A stretch of DNA of 57,225 bases, taken from the NCBI RefSeq assembly GCF_000143415.4, contig NW_003314466.1, positions 1 to 57,225 on the forward strand, read 5' to 3'. Both the position numbers and the translations under genes were made by a program. The notes beneath the pieces are model-generated. The model was not told the origin of the DNA. It worked only from the letters and a program-made list of their open reading frames with translations, and did no database searches. Position 1 is the stretch's first letter, and each line of letters starts with the position of its first letter. Positions 24,656 through 35,093 of this stretch are shown here, in pieces. This DNA is from Selaginella moellendorffii (taxonomy: Eukaryota; Plantae; Lycopodiophyta).

Positions 24656-26587
24656 AAAAAATGGTACAAGTCAATTTTACCATCTACAATATTAGCGAAT
24701 GGTGCTCCCGATGGTCGTTGAGAGGGTTTTGGTCGAGGAAACGTGAAGGGCGGAAATACTCTCCTCTGCAATGTGGGGTCAATCGCATCCGATGGCGTGT
24801 GGGCACATGCCATTTCAGCTGTAGACTCTGGTACAACTGGCTCAACAGTGGCATGGGGTGGTTCCGATGGCGTGTGATCACACGCCATTTCAGCTGGTGC
24901 CTCCGTTGGCAAAGTGGACATGACCGAACAGGCAGTAGGGGCGGTGTAGGGAGGTTCCAACGGCGCGTAGTCAGACAATTGGGCACACATTGAGTCCGTT
25001 GGAAATGAGGATACGACCGGCTCGGCGGCTGGGGCGGCCTCATGCGGGTCCAATGGCACCTGGTCACCGTCAGTTGGATACGTGGAGAAGATTGACTCAG
25101 TGGTATGGGCAGCATCAAGTGGAGCGTGGTCAACTTGCTTGGCGTTGATATGGATAGTAGCCTCCACCAGCTCTGATGACTCTTGCAGGCAAGTAGAGTC
25201 CACTGGCGGATCCATATGCATGTCCAAATATCTCCCTTCGATTGAGATGGTATCCTCCCGTGCTACTAAAAACAAACTCATTAGCACATTGAATCGACTA
25301 TACTGTATTTACCATCAACTGCTATTGAGGAACTAGGACCGATATCACTTGGGCGCACTGCTGATTCTGAAGGATTGGACATACATTTCAACCCTTGCTT
25401 GGCACTATCCTTCCTCGACACTAAAGGTTAGAGTTTGTAAATTCAACTGAATAATCTCTACTTACCATTTGCTCTGCGACCTACATGGACAATGTTAGAA
25501 ATGGTAAAAGGTTAGGAATGGATGTACTATTATTTACCTGATGGTTTGTCTTGTATGACCTTCCTCCGCTGCTCTTTGGCCACCTCAGGCTGGCCATCGT
25601 CGTCATCATCGTCGTCGTCGTTATTGTGATCGTCACCATTGTGAGGGCCATCCAAGTCCTCTTCGTCCTCCTCTTCTTCGTCCTCCTCTTCTTTGTCCTC
25701 CTCTTCATCCTTCTGCTCTTCCTGCTCATTATCTTTCTCTGGCTCCTCATCCCCCTCCTGCATTTCTTCCATAGGCTGCTCAGGCTGGATGGCTTGTTTT
25801 TCCAGGACCATCTTGGGAAAATCATCTGGCTGAGTCTCCATCTCAAAATACAAGACATCCATAGCCTGTTTTAGTGCGTGACCTAGGACCGTATCCTCAC
25901 CCGACTGTCTTAACATGGTTTCTGCACGTTCTTGCACCCTTCGAAGACGACGAGATGAGAAAAACGTGGCCCTGACTTGAAAAGCATCCCTCATCCATTG
26001 TACCTCTCCATTGAGATTGGGGAAGGGGAGTCCGCCATAGGAATCTGAGTCAGGAGGTGGTGACTGCCTGCTTTCACTCAGCCCTTGATCTGCAATGAAT
26101 GGCATGAGCACACACGCCATAACCCCGAGGCATTACCTATCATCTTTTCGTTGCCCTTCTTCCTTTTCGAATCAAACGCCTCTGATCCCGACGACTGTCC
26201 AACGTGCTTTCGCTTTTTATGACCACTATCAGTTTGAGCTTGGCTGGTGCTTGCCTGTTTTGCCTTTGAAGAAGTGTCTCCTGCAAGGAATGGCATGAGA
26301 CCACACGCCATTGCAAATATAATTTGTACCTCCTTTTTTCGTGTCTGTTTGTCCTTTTTCGACGCGCCACCAGTGTGCTTTTCAGTCCTCGTGTTTGAAT
26401 ATTCATAACTATCTATAATCAAAATGGCGTGAGGCCTCACGTGACCTTACCTTATGCAGGTTGTGAGCTCGGCCCAACATGGGTATCTTCAACAGTAGCT
26501 GTTAACGCCGTTTCAGCATCTGGGGGTGGCCACGCTCCTGCATACAGAGCTTGTGAGATAACATTTAAACTTAAAGTGCGTACTCAC
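24649..26587 (-). pseudogene. Low-complexity acidic and Pro-rich exons continuing the ParB-like gene
   Basis: GT-AG introns at 26538-26587, 26413-26450, 26281-26329, 26090-26136 and 25481-25538 link ORFs 26078-26440, 25530-26120 (E/D-rich) and 24649-25287. One splice phase is unresolved. Confidence 0.55.
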
Positions 26588-26606
26588 CAGGTTCGCAGAG
26601 AAGATA

Positions 26607-29105
26607 CTATTTTTCTTTGGCAACTATAATTATATGCTCCATTGAAGTCACCTCTTCAATGGAGTTTGTCACCGCAACACACGGGACACCCTTGAGTAGT
26701 GCGGCTCGAAAGAATAGTCCGCCGCAGTTGTACTCGACAACGCATTTGCCCTTGGAGTCGGAAGCAGGTGACCCACCCGCTATTGCGTTGAAGACCCAGC
26801 TGAGCATTTCCCATGCTGCACCTGGAGCTTTCTCTGGATTCGAAAGCTCCATAGCCGTCTTCAGTTCCTCAGGCACGGGTAAATTGACCTCCCTCAGATC
26901 AATTCGATCGGCCTTGTCGAATGAAGCTGGGAAGTCACTCCAATCCCACTCTACTGCAGGACCAATAACAAGGGCGAGTGTGAAGATGCGGACATTCGTC
27001 GGTATCTTCTTCTTAGCCATTATCCCATGGATCTCCCGCATCTCCTTGCCTTTCAACCGAGCCTTCACCTCGTTCAAGGCCTTCCAGAACTTGTGATAGG
27101 ATTCGGAGTCGTAGATCATATAGTGGACTGAAGATTCCACCTCCGCAAGTCCCACCATTAAGTCAATGATGGAGCTGACTTCGTCTGCATGAGTGATCTC
27201 CTCGTTTGTGAAGTCCATCACACAAAAGATGTTCTTGACCTGCTCATCTCCGCGGGAAACGATGCTCCTCCACCTTTGATCCTCATCCGAATTCACGTAT
27301 ACCCGGTAAGGTTCTCGATAGGCCTCTGCTGCGGGGTCGAGCTGTTTCTGAAGCCGGCGGTCGACATCAATCTTAATGAAATTTGGATACTGATCCAACT
27401 TCTCAGCTTTACTTTTCGTGGCATCCCGCAGCAGATCGATGAACTTGGGGGCCCCCTTCACGTACTCGTCGATGTCTTCATTAGACAAATCCAACGCTTC
27501 CATCATCTCTTGCGTGGTGTCGATGCTCACCCTCTCCACGGCCACTTGCTCGAAGATCCAATCCTTCAATAGCGCACGAGCTCTCAGAGTCGTGCACAAG
27601 TCCTCGTATGTCACAATATGGCCGGGAGTCATTTTGGTCTTGTTGAAGACTACCTCACCACGTAGAAGAGCATTAGCCACTGTCAGAAGGTCGTCATCGC
27701 CTAGAGACCGCGAGAAACGCAAGGCGTTGAGCTTCAAATCATTGGGCTTCCGACTGTCCTCCACACCCATTGAGTTTAGTAACTCCCCGTCATGGTACCT
27801 CCTCAGCACATCTACCCATTTGTCAAAAATAACTTTTGTCGCGAGTAGAATGTTATGGATGCTGAGTGTGTCATTGACCCCCAGTGTTTTCGAGAGAAGA
27901 CTCGAGAATTCCTGCAATGGAAATGGCGTGAGGCCACATGCTATGCCACATGCAACGAGGCTTACCTGCCAGGCACTAGTTGCTAGTGCATGTCCTTGTC
28001 TTGGTTTTTGTGGCTTCTTCAGTTGAACCCAGAGCTTCCGTGTTCGTGCCAATGTCTCGTGCAGACCCGATTTGTAGCACGTTTCTTGCTTGACATTCTG
28101 CGCGTGGGAGATGTATATGATAGATCGGAGGGGCGAGTTGCCTTTTATCAGGCGGACAACTCTTGTCTTGAAGACTTTCTTCACCTCCTTGCCCACCATA
28201 ATATCCACAACTATCTCTTGCATCACCAAGCTAGAATGCTGCCCAGAGACGGCATAGAACCGGATGTTCTGATCGTCCAACACCTTCCTATTGATCAAGT
28301 CTGGAAACCTCGTCTCGCCCTTCATTGTTCGGTAGTAGGGGATCACGTCTGCGATGTCGGGTGTTACTAGACTTGCCAACATCTTCTGCTTCAGTTTCTC
28401 CACCCACTCATCAGATACTAGCCTGTGGTTGTATTTGCTTTAGATGTCGATACGGCTCACGTCGATTGTATATACTTTGTTGGAATAGTAACAAGTACTA
28501 TTATCTGCGATGATTTTTGCTACCTCTTCTTGCTCTTTCTGCTCTTTGCGGCTCTTCTTTTTGGTGGGTGTAGTGTTCGAACCCGAGGCAATGGCATCAC
28601 CGAGTAGCTTCTTTTTTGGAGGAGAGTCGGACGTCGGCCTGAGCTTGACCACCCTTTTCTGCTTCGGGGTAGTTTCAAGATCGACCCCCTTCCCCTTCGC
28701 TTTCCGAACTGGAGGCATTCTCAACGGCTCAATGTTGGAATATAGTTTTTGAACATCGCCGTAGGTGAGGTCCGTGGATTCCATGTGATCTTCATAGACC
28801 CGCAGCGTCTTTGAAATTGTGGGCCTCCTGGACAACCTCTCCCTAGCTCCCTCTAGGAATTCCTCATAGCCGCTGCCCCCCTCCGGGAAGCCGCTAGGAT
28901 GTGCAAGGTGGATCTTGAAGGCAGACGCTGTCTCTACCACAAGTGCCAGTCCATATTCTTGCATGGAACTACATGGAGTGTCTGTCACTTGGATGAGGAT
29001 CCCCATGCATTCTTTTCTCCCACCATCTGTGTTGTACAGCCTCAGATCCTCGCCTTCCATCCCGAAAGTCCAACTGGTGAGCTCCTCCCCCTTCTCTGCA
29101 TCCAC
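26607..29105 (-). pseudogene. ParB/Spo0J-like NTD + HTH-like segment fused to a degenerate amino-methyltransferase-like domain
   Basis: ORFs 28440-29105 and 26607-28403 are one frame split by a single TAA. Motifs IDVSRIDI*SKYNHRLVSDEWVEKLKQKML, FYAVSGQHS, IIYISHAQN, LSKTLGVNDTLSIHNILL, and C-terminal CVVEYNCGGLFFRAALLKG. In-frame 54-nt intron at 27912-27965. Confidence 0.6.
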
Positions 29106-29499
29106 ATTGACAATGGCTGGAAGAAGAACGCAATTCCTCGCCTATTAAGAAATGCACAACAATTAGAGCTGACAGATGAAAAGCTAGCAACTGGAAATAA
29201 CGTGAGGCCACACGCCATTCACCACTGCATCAGATGTCTTGAGGCTGCATCCTAAGATGGCGTGAGGCTACACGCCATCTGTAACCGGACTGCACTCGAG
29301 AGCCTAATCGGTGCATGCCAATGTTGCTACTGAATGGCATGTGGCCTCATGCCATTTTCTACTTGGCCTAAAAGACTTACCATTTGAAGCCGAATGGAGG
29401 CGTGACAACCAGACTTGCTGGCGAATGTGCACTGTGTGTGCAGCGGATCGTAGCAGCAAGGCTACTCTGCCACTTACAGTTGGAGAGTGGCGCTGAAAT

Positions 29500-29935
29500 C
29501 TCCCAGGACGCGTGTGGGTGGCGAAGTGGGCGGCGGAGTTGGCGGCGAAGTTACAAACTGGGTGTGTCTTGAAGTGGATGCCGATGCACACGAGCGTGAT
29601 GCGAGCGCGAGTGTGATGCAAGCGCGAGTGGACGCCGATGCACACGAGAAATCTGTAGAGAAGGTAGATGAGCGCGAATGTGAGCGTGATCACGAGTGGG
29701 AGCGCGATGCGAGCGCGAGTGTGCGAGCGCGAGTACGAAGCAAAATGCAAAACCTAACCTCACACGCGCGAGATGTCACGACAGTTGGTAATCCCGCAAC
29801 GTCATCATTCCTCGGACTTGGGTGCCACCATTAATTTCTAGATCGCCGCGCGCATGCATGCACGTGAAATCCAAAAGAAATCCGCAACGTCATCATTCCT
29901 TGGACTGCATGCACGCGAAATCCAAAAGAAAGATC
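29500..29935. repeat. CpG-rich short repeats (GAGCGCGAGTG; duplicated GCATGCACG.GAAATCCAAAAGAAA), probable promoter region of the ParB-like gene
   Basis: Repeats are directly visible ~400-800 bp upstream of the ATG at 29105; the promoter role is inferred. Confidence 0.55.
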
Positions 29936-30642
29936 ATGATTAGGATATCATTTAATACCTTCGCTATATTTATACCATGCATAATTGGATATTCCAAAGC
30001 ATCTTGTATTTCCAAAAATGCCAGATGTTCAGCTAAATAAATTGTCAGAGGATTTGATGTGACGTTCAAGCGTGTGGGCTCATGCAATTTTGATCCCAAA
30101 AAATGCACCAAAAAATGCTCGGCGTCATCTGGCGTTATCTCTTGAATGGCGTGGGGCCGCATGCCATTTTCAAGGGCACATAGGAGTATATTTCTAGAAT
30201 ATTCTGACATGCGCGAGATTGTTTTGAGTTTTCTGGAGATCCAACCGTTAGATCGCAACTAGATTTTACAGAATGGTATACAATGTCCTTCTTGATGACC
30301 CTGCAAAGAAGCATCTCGATCGGACACCACATGAGACCACACGAGCCTTACAATGTTTCAGAGGCATTTGCCATAGATCCGACAGTTATTTTGCTCCAAG
30401 ATTCTACAGTTTGGTGTGCATTGACCTTTCCATCAACACTGCAAAGGGATATCACAATCAGATGTGGGATCACAAGAAACCAACTTCACTAACTCTGGTT
30501 TCACCAAGATCTACGTAAGGAGTTATGAAATGAAAGGACCCTCTCTATTGAAATGTGTTTATGGTCCTAGGGGCATTGTGACATATCAAAGGATTTTGTA
30601 TCAAGTTCTGTATTTGCATGTTTATCAAGCTACTGAATTGCT

Positions 30643-30666
30643 AAACCCTAAACCCTAAACCCTAAA
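30643..30666. repeat. Plant telomeric repeat (AAACCCT)x3, telo-box-like
   Basis: AAACCCTAAACCCTAAACCCTAAA. Confidence 0.85.
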
Positions 30667-31872
30667 CATGTGGCAAATGCTGCGTGAAGAAAGATGCCCT
30701 TTCTGGGCAAATGCTGTAAGAGGCAAATGCCAAGCAGATGTATCTCAGGCTAGCGAAGGGGACAAACGAAAGCTAGCTATAAACATGACGGGATGCAAAT
30801 AGATTACTAGGCTGGTCCTGCGAAAATCAAAAACCATAATTGAAAATATTGAAAATGCAAAAAGAAAGGTTTATAATATTTTTGAATTTTAAGCAACCAA
30901 AGGAATGTAAGTAGGGCATGTGTTTGTAAGTTTAAAAATGCCTCAACCACTTAAATTCCCAAGTAAATAAAGCTGTTTCTATTTTTGGTACAGGTAAACT
31001 TTATAGCGTGTGGGCTCATGCAATTTTGAACCCAAAAATGCACCAAAAAATGCTCGCCTAGAATTATTCTTTGAATGGCGTGTGGTTTTATATTGCCATA
31101 AATGGACGTACACACACAACATAATTATTCCTTTACACGGCGAATAATCTTGGCGCGGATCACTGAAACGGCATGGCAAAGTTCGAATCACTGACATGGC
31201 ACAGCTGGATCGAGGCAAGGACATGATGTGACAAAGTTCAACCTCCGACAGCAAAGTCTAGAAGCTACTCAGTTTGAAATTTGTCAGAGGAATCATAAAA
31301 TCTGGTTTGTCAAAGGATTTGATGTGACGTTCAAGCGTGTGTTATTTTTGAATTCTCGAACTCATTCCTAGGTCTATCATTTTTGTGCGCTGTGTTCTTG
31401 GTTCCGCTGAGCGCAGTGAGCGCTGCTTGTGTAAGCGGCATTGTGAGCTTTGGTTTATGCGTCTACAAGCGGTTGTGGCATTGCGAGTGCCATTGCAAGC
31501 GGCAATTTATGCGAGTGGCAGTTTGTGCGAGCGGCGTTACGAGCAGTTGCGGTGTTGTGAGCGGCGCTACGAGTAGTTGCGGTGTTGCGAGTGGCACTGT
31601 CTTTGGTGTGGCTACCGCTTCCTCTTGATATTCGGCACTTGTGCTTCCTGGTATGTTCACCATGGAATGGCTTAGGACCACATTTAGAAATGGCATGAGG
31701 CCACATGCCATCTTGGGCCTTTGCAATTTCATGGCTAGCGTATCGTCATGTATGTTTTTACTTGCCTGCAGCTATGTGTATATCAAGATGGCATGAGGCC
31801 TCATGCCATCTTTGGCCCCTGCTAGCCTATTGCCATATTCCTTTTGCCTTGCTGCAACTGTATATATTTTTG

Positions 31873-34684
31873 GTTAAGCAGATCGACTAGGCCGTTTTCG
31901 GTACATTCGTCTGAGGCATAGGATCATCCGCCCGTAACCCGGTACCGACCATGACCATAACGATTTCCCTAGACAATTCCTATGTCACCTCCTACAGTTT
32001 GGGTGTCCGGGGGGTACCTGTATCATGGAAGACGAGGATTAGTAATGCAATCTCCGCTAGCTCTATCTCTCATTTTGTGAAAGTACAAAGCTAGGTCTCA
32101 AAACTTAACTGAGATTTGCACGACTGATGCTCGCGAGCCAATGTACTCAGGTACATGTCCGGGCCGCACATCAGAAGTGACTTCCAAAGATTAGAGCTAA
32201 GGAACATGCTCAACCTGATCGCTATCCGTTGACTCATGGATCTCGCCGTCTGGACCAGTCGCTGTCATCCCGTCTTTTTTCTAAGCGGATGATTAGAAGC
32301 TGGAACAGTCGAGAGTACAAGCACTACCTGGGCAGATTCAGTAAGAACCCCTTGTGTCGCCGTGGTATTTAGTTCCAGCGCTCTGACCGAGAGAGATTCC
32401 TACAGGCCAAGGGTAAAAGAACGCAGCAAAACGAATCGTTTGTACCCGTTTTTGCGTGGCCAGGAATGCGGTAGTGAGATTCCTCGCGACCTTAGTGGTG
32501 GGTGTAAGCTCATTTTGAGCTATCCCCAAACAAGCACTTCGTTGGCGCTGCTCATTCTTGCGGTGCGCAACGAAGCGGCTGTTGATCCTGGAGTGGGCGA
32601 GAAGTGTGCGTGGTTGTGCTAGCGCACAGCCTTGCAGCGGCCCAAGATTGCTCTGCTTGTGGATGCGCTCCTGGAGAATGCGGCGGCGGCGGATGCAAGC
32701 GAGAAACCCTAACGTTAGGGTTTTTCCCGTCGCTTCATACCTTTCGGTGTGAGAAAATCCAGCGCCCGCAGCCATGAAGTCGAATAGCTATAGCTTGTAA
32801 TTAGGTTTGCCAATCCGTACGGCGTGTTTCTTCGCGCGAGATTCTGTGAGGAATCCAAGGTTTTGTTTTTTACCATGCCACGTCTACTCATGTATCCCAT
32901 TAGTTTATTCATGGGAAAACAGAGTTTTCTGTAAGTAAGGTTTCCTTTAAAAATTTGTTTTTAAGGAAGACCTTGCTGTGGTTAAGGCGTGGGATCTGTC
33001 TCAGAGTGAGAGAACAGCAACTTGTGTTGTTTTTTAACTTTTATCAATCAAAACACAGTTGTAGTCAAAGGTGCGCTTGTGTTTTTTAGTTGAGCGCGTA
33101 ACCAAGGACTGCATGGTAAGTTTGGGGGAACTAATTCTTTTGTTGTTCACAATCCAAAATGGCATAAATATCGAATCTATTATGTTTCGATATGATGCTA
33201 AATTGATGGATCGTCCTGTCTAGAGGACAGAGTTCCTGGTGCTCAGCTTGAAATTGCTGAGTCGTCGAGCTGTGGTGGCCTATTGGCTGGTTCTCTCCAG
33301 ATGTCAAAGAGAATTTCCAAGACTGCTTGTACCGGTGTCAGGGGGCTGGTGAGAATGATACAATCCAGACCACTGAGGATGAGTTGTCTCAATGCATAGC
33401 AATGGAATCCTTTTTCCACGAAGCCTTCAACGAGATTATCAATCTCGAGGATGACACCACCGGCGGTATTAATCAAATAGAAAAGCGCAAAGACTTGCCC
33501 CAGGATCACCTTGGATGAGTTTGCAACGGGCCGGTTTGAATCTCGATGAATGTACAGCGAGACTTTGAATGGAAGTGATCGGCGCTTGTCATATTTGGTG
33601 GTTAAGAAGGTACCATCAACTCGTATGATCTGAATCTGAAGGCTCAAGAAGTGAGCGGACAGATTCACGAGTGAGCCGTCCATGTTCACGAATGGATTAT
33701 CCATCTCATTCTGCATGGCCAGGAAACGTAATGGATATATCCAGAACGGATTTCCTTCGGATTCGACTTGATCGGGGTCAAGGAATCGGAGGATCATGGG
33801 GTTATTCATTGACACCAGATCGTCCATGTATCGGAACGTATGTTCGAATAAGCACAGCAGATCATACCGGCCTAGACGAGCGAGTCGAGTGATAAAGTTA
33901 TACTCGAAATAGAATAGGTACAGGTTACACCACAGAGGCGAGCACGAGAAGCCCATAGGAATCCCTCGGACTTGTCTCCATACTCTATCACCCAGCCGGA
34001 CATATGTGTTCCGGATAATGAAGTGATTTAGCTCGATGACTTTTGCTAGATCCATTCTGGTGGCCTTCACTGATGAGTGGCGTAGAGGTTTCCATTCGGC
34101 CTCAAGCTCGCCGTTCTTTTTTTGAATCAGAAAAAGGTCCTTATGGAGGTGGTTTTGGTGCGCGAAAGCCAAATTGACGAGGTTTGTCATGGCTGTCGTG
34201 AGGCCTTGATCTCCCTCGAGGGGGATGGCTTCGTAGCACTTTGTGATATCTCCCGTATAGATCGTGGTGATCTTGTCGGGGAGATTAATTGCGAACTCCT
34301 GTGTGGATCCAAGGATCCAGCACGCGTTCGTTTTTCCTCCAAAGAATTTTTCCCGTGCATAGAAATCATCGGCTACGTTTTGTAGCGCCTCCTGTATTCC
34401 TTTCAGGATAGCTGTGAGGCAAAATGTGATTTCAGAGAAGACACATCCATCCGCGTTCGTTAACCAGCGCATTTTATTCTTGTGCGCATTATAGATTCCC
34501 ATAAGGTAAGGGAGATCTGGTTTCTGTGGCGGGAATTCCTGTAAGGGTGGTTCACCGAGCAGTTGTTTTACAACTTGCTTAGGCTTTTCAGGGACATTAT
34601 TGTCCGAGACTACTAGTGAAAAGTCGTCACTATTCATCCGTGCAAGCACTTGCTCTCGGGCCAGCGTTTTGCAAAAGAAAGTGG
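31873..34684 (-). mobile_element. 5'-truncated Penelope-like retroelement (Naiad/Chlamys-like RT)
   Basis: Bounded by a 123-bp direct duplication (31750-31872 / 34685-34807, 2 mismatches). Contains the RT ORF and a ~1.4-kb 3' region. Confidence 0.85.
33243..34684 (-). CDS. Penelope-like reverse transcriptase (uninterrupted, N-truncated, no C-terminal GIY-YIG)
   Basis: GDITKCYEAIP, QVRGIPMGFSCSP, FRYMDDL, HFLSL, YDKRRSLPF...SNRP. The tracked start at 34739 lies in the duplicated target DNA. Confidence 0.88.
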
Positions 34685-34722
34685 GTATGTTTTTACTTGC
34701 CTGCAGCTGTGTGTATATCAAG

Positions 34723-34914
34723 ATGGCATGAGGCCTCATGCCATCTTTGGCCCCTGCTAGCCTATTGCCATATTCCTTTCGCCTTGCTGCAACTGTATAT
34801 ATTTTTGTATGGGTGACTAGTCACGCACACAAAAATATATACAGTTGCAGCAAGGCAAAAGGAATCTAGCCTCAGGCTAGCAGGGGCCAAAGATAGCGTG
34901 AGGCCTCATGCCAT
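34723..34914. repeat. 192-bp near-perfect inverted repeat (hairpin) capped at both ends by the 22-bp palindrome
   Basis: Symmetric about GTGACT|AGTCAC (34818/34819); the arms pair with few mismatches. Confidence 0.92.
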
Positions 34915-35093
34915 TAATGGTACCACTAATGGCATGAGGGCTCATGCCAATTTTGTGAATGCAAAATTTCACGTGGGTGTCTATAGCATGTTTGAATAAT
35001 GGCATGTGGCCTCATGCTATTTGGTATGTTATGATTTAGGCCATTCTCCAATCATTTTTTGTATGGTCTTAACTTCTTTTCTGCACTTTCAGA

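Noticed and set aside
26607-29105. Bacterial or phage contamination
   Set aside because: Has spliceosomal-type introns, shares the palindrome with a eukaryotic transposase, and is contiguous with plant retroelements.
31890-31950. Hammerhead/HDV ribozyme at the PLE 3' end
   Set aside because: A TCGGTAC/GTACCGA stem is present, but I could not fit a canonical CUGANGA...GAAA core or HDV topology by eye; needs Infernal.
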